From positions 1 to 38,123 of the forward strand of contig JAWWAH010000002.1 of NCBI GenBank assembly GCA_033721415.1: 38,123 nucleotides of DNA, read 5' to 3'. This stretch comes from Candidatus Spechtbacterales bacterium. Lineage in GTDB: Bacteria > Patescibacteriota > Minisyncoccia > Spechtbacterales > 2-12-FULL-38-22. A model generated the notes under the pieces. The model saw only the letters and a program-made list of their open reading frames with translations. It was not told the origin of the DNA and ran no database searches. Below, piece by piece: positions 17,758 through 25,380 of this stretch (its first letter is position 1; each line of letters starts with the position of its first letter). The translations under genes and the position numbers were made by a program.

Positions 17758-18123
17758 ATGATACAGAATCAGACAAAATTAAAAGTTGCAGATAACTCCG
17801 GAGCTAAGGAGATCTTGTGCATTCGTCCACTTGGAGGAAGCAGAAGGCGCTATGCTCAAATAGGCGATATTATTGTTGCTTCAGTTAAGAAGGCAGAGCC
17901 ACGTCGCCCAGTTAAGAAGAAAGATGTAGTCAGAGCGGTTGTAGTTCGCCAAAGAAAACCTTTTAGAAGAAAAGATGGTTCTTATATATCTTTTGATGAT
18001 AATGCAGCAGTAATTTTAGATGGAAGCAACCCACGAGGAGGTAGAATTTTTGGCCCAATTCCTAGAGAAATCAAGCAGAGAGGCTATAATAAGATAGCTT
18101 CACTAGCAAAGGAAGTTTTATAA
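17758..18123 (+). CDS. rplN: 50S ribosomal protein L14
   Basis: [21 protein letters not shown]...GGS.RRYA.IGD. Confidence 0.98.
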   Translation: MIQNQTKLKVADNSGAKEILCIRPLGGSRRRYAQIGDIIVASVKKAEPRRPVKKKDVVRAVVVRQRKPFRRKDGSYISFDDNAAVILDGSNPRGGRIFGPIPREIKQRGYNKIASLAKEVL

Positions 18124-18128
18124 AAATT

Positions 18129-18440
18129 ATGAAAATAAAAACAGGAGACAAGGTATTAATAACAAATGGAAAAAACCGCGGAAAGACCGGAAAGGTTACC
18201 CATGTATTACCAGAAGAGAATAGAGTTGTAGTAGATGGAGTAAATATGCAAAAAAAGCATGTACGACCAAAAAAGCAGGGCGAGCAAGGACAGATAGTTG
18301 AGGTAGCTTCACCCATAGCTGCATCTAATGCAAAGTTGATTTGCACAAAGTGTGATAAACCAACACGCGTAGGATATAAAATTGAGGGTGGAGAAAAATA
18401 TCGTATATGTAAAAGGTGCGGAAAGACTGTTAATAAATAA
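18129..18440 (+). CDS. rplX: 50S ribosomal protein L24 (with a CxxC...CxxC zinc ribbon)
   Basis: MKIKTGDKVLITNGKNRGKTGKV (KOW motif), followed by CTKCDKPTRVGYKIEGGEKYRICKRCG. Confidence 0.96.
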   Translation: MKIKTGDKVLITNGKNRGKTGKVTHVLPEENRVVVDGVNMQKKHVRPKKQGEQGQIVEVASPIAASNAKLICTKCDKPTRVGYKIEGGEKYRICKRCGKTVNK

Positions 18441-18445
18441 TAAAC

Positions 18446-19030
18446 ATGAGTGAAGTTTTAGATCTACAAGCAAAATATACAAAAGAAATAAGACCCGAGC
18501 TTTCAAAAGAGCTAGGGGGGTTAAATGTGCACGATACTCCAAGACTTGATAAGGTTGTTATAAATTCCGGAATAGGAAAGATAGTAAACGTGCGCAGAGC
18601 TAAGTCCACTGGCCAACAAACAGAAGAGGAGATGGTAGAGGATATTATAGAGGGAATTGCATTAATAGCAGGACAGCGCCCACACTTAATTCGCGCAAGA
18701 AAGTCAATTTCAGGATTTAAGTTAAGAGAAGGAACAGCAACCGGCCTTAGAGTAACACTGCGCGGGAAAAAGATGTATGACTTTGTTGCAAGACTAAATA
18801 ACGTGGCATTACCCAGAATGAGAGACTTCAGAGGAATCAAGGTTAAGGCAGTAGACCAGAATGGAAATTTGACAATAGGTGTAAAAGAGAGTAGTATCTT
18901 CCCTGAGGTGCCACCCAGTAATAAGCAGTGGGGATTGCAGGTAACTCTTGTTACGAACACAGAGGACAGAAAGGAGGCGTTAGAATTATTTAGGAAGTTG
19001 GGGGTTCCTCTTCAGAAAGAAGAAAAATAA
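18446..19030 (+). CDS. rplE: 50S ribosomal protein L5
   Basis: ISGFKLREG...G..VTLRG..MY.F...L..VALPR.RDFRG. Conserved position. Confidence 0.97.
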   Translation: MSEVLDLQAKYTKEIRPELSKELGGLNVHDTPRLDKVVINSGIGKIVNVRRAKSTGQQTEEEMVEDIIEGIALIAGQRPHLIRARKSISGFKLREGTATGLRVTLRGKKMYDFVARLNNVALPRMRDFRGIKVKAVDQNGNLTIGVKESSIFPEVPPSNKQWGLQVTLVTNTEDRKEALELFRKLGVPLQKEEK

Positions 19031-19039
19031 ATTTTAATT

Positions 19040-19225
19040 ATGGCAAAAAAATCACAAATCGCAAAATCATATAAAAAACCTAAATTCATGACAAGAAGAG
19101 TTCGTCGTTGTTTTCGATGTGGAAGAGCGCGCGGATATATGAGAGATTTTGATCTTTGTAGAATTTGTTTTAGAGAATTAGCAAATAAAGGAGAACTTCC
19201 TGGAGTTAGGAAGTCATCTTGGTAA
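19040..19225 (+). CDS. rpsN: 30S ribosomal protein S14, type Z (zinc-binding, 61 aa)
   Basis: [38 protein letters not shown]. Confidence 0.97.
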   Translation: MAKKSQIAKSYKKPKFMTRRVRRCFRCGRARGYMRDFDLCRICFRELANKGELPGVRKSSW

Positions 19226-19229
19226 AAAT

Positions 19230-19616
19230 ATGGATCCAATAGCAGACATGCTTACAATTATAAGAAATGGACAAGCCGTTGGTCGCGACACGGTAAAGAT
19301 TTCTTATTCAAATATTAAGTTTAATTTGGCAAAGATATTCGAAAGAGAGGGATTTATTCAAAAAGCTGAAAAGAAGGGTAGTAGCCAGAAACCAGTCTTG
19401 ATACTAACTTTAAAGTATATGGAAGATAGGCCAAAAATAACTGCGCTTAAGAGAGTTAGTAAACCTGGCCAACGTATATATAAAAAACATAATGAAATTA
19501 ATAAAATAAAAGGAGGTTATGGTGAATCCATAATATCCACCCCTAAGGGCCTTATGACAGGAGAAGAAGCTCGAAAGAATAAGGTTGGGGGAGAATATAT
19601 TTGTGAAATTTGGTAA
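19230..19616 (+). CDS. rpsH: 30S ribosomal protein S8
   Basis: MDPIADMLT.IRNGQ...; ...STPKGLMTGEEARK.KVGGE.IC.IW. Confidence 0.97.
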   Translation: MDPIADMLTIIRNGQAVGRDTVKISYSNIKFNLAKIFEREGFIQKAEKKGSSQKPVLILTLKYMEDRPKITALKRVSKPGQRIYKKHNEINKIKGGYGESIISTPKGLMTGEEARKNKVGGEYICEIW

Positions 19617-19620
19617 TAAT

Positions 19621-20169
19621 ATGAGTAGAATAGGCAAACAACCAATAGAAGTACCAGATAAGGTAAACATTACTATCGACGGAGAAAATGTCTTGGTTAA
19701 AGGACCATTAGGCGAGTTATCTGTGGATGTGCCATCAGTTTTATCTGTTAAGCAGGAGGATAATCTCCTTACTGTTGAGGTTGGAAAGAAATCATCTCGT
19801 ACACCAGCTTTGTGGGGCCTTTATAGATCCCTATTGAATAATATGGTAAAGGGTGTTTCTAAGGGATTTGAGAAAAAGCTTCAAATTGAGGGAGTTGGAT
19901 ATAGAGCAGAAACACAGGGCAACAAGATAGTTCTAAATTTGGGCTATTCTCATCCAATAGAAATGGAAGTTCCTGAAGGCATCAAGGTTGAGGTAGAAAA
20001 ATCCACAATAACAGTTTCTGGAGCAGATAAACAGTTAGTGGGTCAATTTGCAGCTGATATTCGTAGCAAGAGAAAGCCTGAGCCATATAAAGGAAAAGGT
20101 ATACGCTACGAAAACGAACACGTTAGAAGAAAAGCAGGTAAGCGAGCTGTTGGTACGGCAGGCGCATAA
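19621..20169 (+). CDS. rplF: 50S ribosomal protein L6
   Basis: MSRIGKQPIEVPDKV is the canonical L6 start at ATG 19621, 4 nt after the rpsH stop. The track start at 19585 lies inside rpsH. Confidence 0.96.
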   Translation: MSRIGKQPIEVPDKVNITIDGENVLVKGPLGELSVDVPSVLSVKQEDNLLTVEVGKKSSRTPALWGLYRSLLNNMVKGVSKGFEKKLQIEGVGYRAETQGNKIVLNLGYSHPIEMEVPEGIKVEVEKSTITVSGADKQLVGQFAADIRSKRKPEPYKGKGIRYENEHVRRKAGKRAVGTAGA

Positions 20170-20193
20170 TTTATACTGTAATTTAAGTTAATC

Positions 20194-20544
20194 ATGGCAA
20201 AGATAAAAACAAGCAAAAGAAAATTACGACATAGAAGGGTTAGGGGTAGGGTTTCAGGAACTATTCAACGCCCTAGGCTTTTTGTGTTTAAGTCAAATAA
20301 GCATATTTACTGCGGTTTAGCGGATGATGTTTCTGGTAGGGTTTTACTATCTTATTCAGATATGAAACTCGGCAAAGATGTAAATAATACAAAAGAAACA
20401 GCAAAGAAAGTTGGAGAAGAGCTTGCTAAACTTGCGAAAAAAGAAGGATATAGAAAAGTAGTATTCGATCGAAGCGGGTATAGGTATCACGGCAAAGTTA
20501 AAGCCTTGGCTGATGGCGCAAGATCACAAGGATTAAAGTTTTAG
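20194..20544 (+). CDS. rplR: 50S ribosomal protein L18
   Basis: RLFVFKSNKHIY......FDRSGYRYHGKVKALADGAR..GLKF. Confidence 0.96.
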   Translation: MAKIKTSKRKLRHRRVRGRVSGTIQRPRLFVFKSNKHIYCGLADDVSGRVLLSYSDMKLGKDVNNTKETAKKVGEELAKLAKKEGYRKVVFDRSGYRYHGKVKALADGARSQGLKF

Positions 20545-20561
20545 TAATATATATATTCATA

Positions 20562-21224
20562 ATGGATAACAAAAAAAGATCAAATAATAATAAAGGAAGA
20601 GGCAGGGGCAGAAGAAGAGGCAATAGAAACAAAACTGTTTCTGAGTACGATCAGAAAGTTCTTGATATTGCACGAGTAGCACGTATGGTTGCAGGTGGAC
20701 GCAGATTTAACTTTAGAGCAACGGTAGTTGTTGGCAACAGAAAAGGAAAGGTAGGTATAGGAGTAGGAAAAGGAAGAGATGTTGCACTAGCCATTAATAA
20801 AGCTGTTAGTGCTGCAGAGAAAAATGTTATTAAAGTGCCTATGACCCCAGAAGGAACAATACCTTATGAAATAAAAGGCAAACAGACAGGCTCCGTTGTG
20901 TATCTGAAGCCAGCTCGACAAGGAAGAGGAATTATAGCTGGAGGAGCTGTAAGAGTCATCTGTGATCTTGCTGGATATAGCGATATAACAGCAAAGTTGT
21001 TATCAAGAAGCACAAACAAGCTAAATAACGCTTTAGCTACCGTTAATGCTCTTGAGAAAGTAAATTACGCACCTGAAGTTGCAGCTAAGCAAGAAGCAAA
21101 AAATTCAAAAAATTCAAAAAATAAAAAATCTACAAAGAAAGCTAAAGCGACTTCAAGTAAGAAAACCAAGACAAAAACAAGCAAAAAGAAGAAGGTTGCA
21201 AAAAAAGCAACTAAAGAAAAATAA
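20562..21224 (+). CDS. rpsE: 30S ribosomal protein S5 (R/K-rich N-terminal extension and ~55-aa K-rich C-terminal extension)
   Basis: The core is V.RV.RMVAGGRRFNFRATVVVGN..GKVGIGVGKG..V..AI.KA. The tail is KNSKNSKNKKSTKKAKATSSKKTKTKTSKKKKVAKKATKEK. Confidence 0.95.
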   Translation: MDNKKRSNNNKGRGRGRRRGNRNKTVSEYDQKVLDIARVARMVAGGRRFNFRATVVVGNRKGKVGIGVGKGRDVALAINKAVSAAEKNVIKVPMTPEGTIPYEIKGKQTGSVVYLKPARQGRGIIAGGAVRVICDLAGYSDITAKLLSRSTNKLNNALATVNALEKVNYAPEVAAKQEAKNSKNSKNKKSTKKAKATSSKKTKTKTSKKKKVAKKATKEK

Positions 21225-21229
21225 TTACC

Positions 21230-21682
21230 ATGCAAGTACATAATTTAAAAAAACCAAAAAACCAAAAAAGAAAGCGAAGAGTTGGACGCGGAGGAGCTCG
21301 CGGAACATTTTCTGGGAGAGGAGTTAAGGGTCAAAAAGCTAGGGCAGGTGCTCGTATAAGGCCCGAAATTTGGGATTATATAACAAAGATTCCTAAACTT
21401 GCAGGACCTACAGCTAAGCAGGGGCAGCCTATGGGAGCTCAGAATCAGCGCCCAGTGTTTACCGTTAACCTCGAAGATATACAAAGCGTTGCAAAGAGTG
21501 GAGATGTTATTGATGTTGAATATCTGCTAAAGAACAATTTAGTGAGAAAGCATAAGGGTAAATTGCCAAGAGTTAAGGTTTTAGCAAAAGGTGATATTAA
21601 GAAAAAAGTAACCCTAGAAGGATTAGAATTTTCTAAAAGCGCTCGTGAAAAAGTAGAAGAGGCGGGTGGAGAAATAAAATAA
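21230..21682 (+). CDS. rplO: 50S ribosomal protein L15
   Basis: KRRVGRGG.RGTFSGRG.KGQKAR.G motif. It starts 5 nt after rpsE, leaving no room for rpmD. Confidence 0.95.
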   Translation: MQVHNLKKPKNQKRKRRVGRGGARGTFSGRGVKGQKARAGARIRPEIWDYITKIPKLAGPTAKQGQPMGAQNQRPVFTVNLEDIQSVAKSGDVIDVEYLLKNNLVRKHKGKLPRVKVLAKGDIKKKVTLEGLEFSKSAREKVEEAGGEIK

Positions 21683-22971
21683 TGAATTGGATTGAACAAC
21701 TAAAGGCAGTATTTAAGATAAAGGATCTTCGTAATAAGATTCTATTTGTATTGTTTATCTTAGGAGTTTTTAGAATCGCCGCAGTTATACCTGTACCAGG
21801 AATAGATGTTGCGCAATTAAGATCGTTTTTTGACCAAAATCAATTTTTTGGAATATTGAATATATTTTCTGGGGGTGCGTTAAGTAACTTGTCGATAGTG
21901 ATGCTTGGACTTGGCCCCTACATTACATCAACAATTACTTTACAGCTTCTAACAATGATATTTCCTAAATTAAAGGAAATGTACGAAGAGGAAGGAGAAG
22001 AAGGCAAGCAAAAATTCAATCAATATGGAAGAATATTTACAGTTCCTCTTGCTGCACTCCAGGGCTATGGATTAATAGTGTTGTTTACTCGTCAAGGAAT
22101 AATGAGCGCACTAGATCCGCTAGAGATGACTGCAGTTATGTTCACTGTTGTTGCTGGAGCTATATTTTTGATGTGGCTTGGAGAATTAATATCAGAAAAA
22201 GGTATAGGAAACGGAGTTTCGCTTTTGATTTTAGCAGGTATTATAGCTCAAATTCCAGTTACCCTTAGGGGTGTGCTAGTTGACGGTTCGTTACAAAGAT
22301 TGCCAACTTATGTTGGATTTGTTGCTTTGGGTGTATTTATAGTTGCTGCCGTAGTGCTAGTTACAGAGGCACGTCGTAATATACCTATTTCTTACGCCAA
22401 GCAAGTTAGAGGAAATAAAATATATGGAGGTTCATCTACATATTTACCACTTTCTCTTAATCCCGCAGGAGTTATCCCAATAATTTTTGCGCTTTCGATT
22501 ATATTATTCCCTGGAATTATTGCTAATTTTTTTGCAGGAAGCAGTAATGCATTTTTAGCTAGAATGGCTGCATCGTTAGCAGGATTTCAGCAAAATATAG
22601 GATTGTATTCATTGGTATACTTCCTACTTGTTGTATTCTTTACATATTTCTACACAGCAGTTACATTTAATCCAGAAACAGTAGCTGAAAACCTTCAGAA
22701 GCAAGGAGGATTTATTCCGGGTATTCGCCCAGGAAAACCCACCCAAGAGCGATTAACCTTTATTTTAAACAGGACACTTTTGGTCGGTGCTATATTTCTA
22801 GGATTAATCGCTGTCGTGCCCTCTCTTGTCCAAGCAACAAGTCTTGGCACAGGTGGTCTTGGTGATCTTTCATTTATAATAGGTGGAACATCTATATTGA
22901 TTGTGGTTTCCGTTGCACTTGATACAGTTCGCCAAATAAAGGCACAGATAGTAATGCGACAATACGAATAA
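21682..22971 (+). CDS. secY: Preprotein translocase subunit SecY
   Basis: 429 aa with ~10 TM helices and motifs LGLGPYITS.I..QLL and GG.IPGIRPG..T. The ATG overlaps the rplO stop (TAATG). Confidence 0.97.
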   Translation: MNWIEQLKAVFKIKDLRNKILFVLFILGVFRIAAVIPVPGIDVAQLRSFFDQNQFFGILNIFSGGALSNLSIVMLGLGPYITSTITLQLLTMIFPKLKEMYEEEGEEGKQKFNQYGRIFTVPLAALQGYGLIVLFTRQGIMSALDPLEMTAVMFTVVAGAIFLMWLGELISEKGIGNGVSLLILAGIIAQIPVTLRGVLVDGSLQRLPTYVGFVALGVFIVAAVVLVTEARRNIPISYAKQVRGNKIYGGSSTYLPLSLNPAGVIPIIFALSIILFPGIIANFFAGSSNAFLARMAASLAGFQQNIGLYSLVYFLLVVFFTYFYTAVTFNPETVAENLQKQGGFIPGIRPGKPTQERLTFILNRTLLVGAIFLGLIAVVPSLVQATSLGTGGLGDLSFIIGGTSILIVVSVALDTVRQIKAQIVMRQYE

Positions 22972-22991
22972 GGTTGTGTTATAATTACAAT

Positions 22992-23618
22992 ATGAAATTA
23001 AACTCTCCAATCGCAGTTATGGTTATGGGCCGGCCTGGAGCCGGCAAGGACACTCAGGCAGATTATCTGGCTGAGTATTTTAATTTAATAAGAATTTCAA
23101 CTAGCGAGATAATAAAGAAAAAGTTAAATAGCGATTCAGATGATCCTGCCCTAGAAAAGGAACGAGAAATATTTAATTCAGGAGTATTAAATACACCATC
23201 TTGGGTATTGAGTGTAATAAAAGAGCACGTAGAGGATTTACAGAAAAAAGATTTCGAAGGAAAAAATGGCATAATTTTTTCTGGATCTCCGCGAACCTTA
23301 TACGAAGCAGAAAATATGATCCCATTTATAGAGGATATTTTTGGGCAAGATAATATTTTTGCATTTAATCTTGAGGTTTCAGATGACATAGGCCTGAAAC
23401 GCATAAGAGAAAGAAACAAGGAAAACCCCAGGGAGCTTGATACAGGTGAAGATAAATTGAAAATAAGAACGAAAGAATTTTACGAACGCACAAAGCCGGG
23501 CATGGATGTTGTCGAAGAAAAAGGTTATTTAATTACGGTTGATGGAAATAGAACCCCAGAAGAAATTTCCAATGAGGTAACTTCTATTTTAGAAAGCAAA
23601 CTAAAGCAAAAGGCTTGA
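22992..23618 (+). CDS. adk: Adenylate kinase family protein (short, no zinc lid)
   Basis: P-loop VMGRPGAGKDTQ and the conserved position between secY and map. ATG 22992 is preferred over the track's TTG at 22974. The sequence is fairly divergent, so the exact NMP specificity is uncertain. Confidence 0.8.
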   Translation: MKLNSPIAVMVMGRPGAGKDTQADYLAEYFNLIRISTSEIIKKKLNSDSDDPALEKEREIFNSGVLNTPSWVLSVIKEHVEDLQKKDFEGKNGIIFSGSPRTLYEAENMIPFIEDIFGQDNIFAFNLEVSDDIGLKRIRERNKENPRELDTGEDKLKIRTKEFYERTKPGMDVVEEKGYLITVDGNRTPEEISNEVTSILESKLKQKA

Positions 23619-24364
23619 TGATAACTTATAAGAACGAAAAAGATATTGAATACATGAGGCGATCAGGAAAGATCGCCGCTTTAATTCTAAAAAAGGTAAG
23701 CGATGCTGTAAAGCCTGGCATTACAACAAAGGAGTTAAACAATATTGCAGAAAAACTAATAGAAGAAAATAATGTAAGAGCCGCATTTAAGCATTACGAT
23801 AATTTTCCTGCGGCATTATGCACATCTATCAATGACGTTGTGGTGCATGGTGTGCCAAATAAAACAATTTTAAAGGAGGGTGATATAGTCGGCCTAGATT
23901 TTGGTGTTGTTTATGAGGGTTGGTATTCTGACACCGCAGTCACTGTTCCGGTTGGGGAGATATCTCCTGAAGCAAGGCGCATCATAAAGGTTACTAAGAA
24001 GGCATTACGCCTCGGCATCAAGAAAGCTAAGCCAGGATCAACCACAGGGGATATAGGAAACACAATACAAAGATACGTAGAGGATGAAGGCTTTTCTATA
24101 GTGAAAGAACTGGTTGGCCATGGCATTGGCAAAGATTTGCACGAAGATCCTTATGTGCCTAATTTTGGGAAGAGAAGAGGTGGTATAGAGTTAAAGTCAG
24201 GCATGGTTGTAGCAATTGAACCCATGATAGTTGCGGGCAACCCTGAACTAAAGCTAGCAAAAGATAAGTTTGGCTATGTAAGCAAAAACAACTTTTTAAC
24301 AGCGCATTTTGAGCATACAGTGGCGATAACAGAAAATGGACCCGAAATTCTGACTAAGATTTGA
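23618..24364 (+). CDS. map: Type I methionine aminopeptidase
   Basis: VVHG.P, GDIV.LD, GHGIG...HE.P and AIEPM metal-ligand motifs. The ATG overlaps the adk TGA (TGATG); TTG at 23615 is the alternative start. Confidence 0.96.
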   Translation: MITYKNEKDIEYMRRSGKIAALILKKVSDAVKPGITTKELNNIAEKLIEENNVRAAFKHYDNFPAALCTSINDVVVHGVPNKTILKEGDIVGLDFGVVYEGWYSDTAVTVPVGEISPEARRIIKVTKKALRLGIKKAKPGSTTGDIGNTIQRYVEDEGFSIVKELVGHGIGKDLHEDPYVPNFGKRRGGIELKSGMVVAIEPMIVAGNPELKLAKDKFGYVSKNNFLTAHFEHTVAITENGPEILTKI

Positions 24365-24381
24365 TTTTATTCAAACAACAA

Positions 24382-24431
24382 AGTTCCTTATCTAAAAACC
24401 CTGGGTGCCCAGGGTTTTTAGATAAGGAACT
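24382..24431. terminator. 23-bp perfect hairpin terminating the spc operon
   Basis: agttccttatctaaaaaccctgg (24382-24404), loop gtgc, then ccagggtttttagataaggaact (24409-24431). The inner part has the form aaaaaccctgg/ccagggttttt and could terminate in both directions. Confidence 0.8.
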
Positions 24432-24433
24432 TG

Positions 24434-24442
24434 TGGTACAAT
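24434..24442 (+). promoter_or_regulatory. Possible extended -10 promoter (TGgTACAAT)
   Basis: tg g tacaat at 24434-24442, directly after the terminator. It would give a ~127-nt leader for the GT2 gene. Confidence 0.3.
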
Positions 24443-24486
24443 ATAAAGGATAACATAAACTCGCTTTGCTCACTTTCTTATGAAAG

Positions 24487-24585
24487 TACGAAAAATAACG
24501 AAATTACGAAAAGACCAATATACTCTTAAAAATATTTTCGTAATTTGGTGTAGTTTCGTAGTTCGTATTAAATTTTATGAACGAA
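24487..24585. repeat. Cluster of TACGAAA / TTTCGTA heptamer motifs (3 direct, 3 inverted, plus 1 over the start codon)
   Basis: ACGAA cores at 24488, 24498, 24506 and 24581. TTCGT cores at 24537, 24555 and 24562. An 11-bp perfect inverted repeat, aattacgaaaa / ttttcgtaatt, is separated by 22 nt. Confidence 0.7.
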
Positions 24586-25380
24586 GTGAATAAAATTATT
24601 GCAAAAAAGAAATCATCAAAGAAAGCATCGATCCATCTATCCGTTGTAATCCCCGCTTATAACGAAGAAAAGCGAATAGGGGATACTCTTCTTGATCTTG
24701 ATAAGTACCTAACGGATCAAGATTATTCTTACGAAATACTTGTTGTTGTAGATGGGGCTACCGATAAAACAACAGAAGTTGTTAATGGTTATAAAAAACT
24801 AGTAAAAAATTTAAAAGTTATTGATAATCAAGAAAATCACGGGAAAGGTTACGTTGTTCGACAAGGAATGTTGGAAGCTGAGGGAAAATATCGATTATTT
24901 ATGGATGCTGATGGCTCAACTTCTATAGACCATATAGAAAAAATGTGGCCTCTTGTAGAGCAAGGTAAAAAAGTAATTATAACCAGTCGTGATCCCAAAG
25001 ACGCAAAAGGTGCTAGTCAAGATGTTAAGCAATCTCTTTCAAAGAGAATACTGGGAAATGTTGGTAATATATTAATACAAGTCTTTGGTGTTTGGGGTAT
25101 ATGGGATACACAGAATGGATTTAAGCTTTTTGAGGCTGGTGCAGCGGAAAAGATATTTTCTAGAGCACGAATAGACAGATGGGGTTTTGATATAGAGGCT
25201 CTTGCTCTTGCTCGAAAGTTTGGTTACGAAATATCAATTGTACCTGCACACTGGATTAATGATCCTAATTCTCACGTTACATTAGGGGGCTACATAAATA
25301 CATTTGTGGAGTTATTTAAGATAAGATTAAACCTGATCCGTGGCGTATATGAAAATTCCAAAAAAAATCAAAAGGAATAA
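24577..25380 (+). CDS. Family 2 glycosyltransferase (polyprenyl-phosphate glycosyltransferase-like)
   Basis: LSVVIPAYNEE.RI, VVDGATD and FMDADGST (DxD) motifs. Confidence 0.85.
   Translation: MNEVNKIIAKKKSSKKASIHLSVVIPAYNEEKRIGDTLLDLDKYLTDQDYSYEILVVVDGATDKTTEVVNGYKKLVKNLKVIDNQENHGKGYVVRQGMLEAEGKYRLFMDADGSTSIDHIEKMWPLVEQGKKVIITSRDPKDAKGASQDVKQSLSKRILGNVGNILIQVFGVWGIWDTQNGFKLFEAGAAEKIFSRARIDRWGFDIEALALARKFGYEISIVPAHWINDPNSHVTLGGYINTFVELFKIRLNLIRGVYENSKKNQKE

Noticed and set aside
18430-18960. 176-aa ORF on the - strand opposite rplE, plus other antisense or out-of-frame ORFs inside fusA, tuf, rplN/rplX, secY-adk, pgk, recJ, the sugar transferase and the GT4 genes
   Set aside because: All are embedded in genes with unambiguous homology on the + strand. 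None has recognisable motifs or its own expression signals.
19585-19620. Extended L6 start at 19585
   Set aside because: It overlaps the 3' end of rpsH. The conserved L6 start MSRIGKQPI is at 19621.
22974-22991. TTG start for adk at 22974, and GTG start for the first GT4 gene at 33123
   Set aside because: Downstream ATGs (22992 and 33141) give N-termini matching family consensus (P-loop spacing; MKVALVHDYL). They also avoid overlap with the upstream stop codons.
24487-24585. Whether the TACGAAA repeat cluster could be a tiny CRISPR array or a mobile-element end
   Set aside because: The units are only 5-7 nt long with irregular spacing of 8-18 nt and mixed orientation. There are no cas genes, transposase or target-site duplication nearby. 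A regulatory site is the more economical reading.
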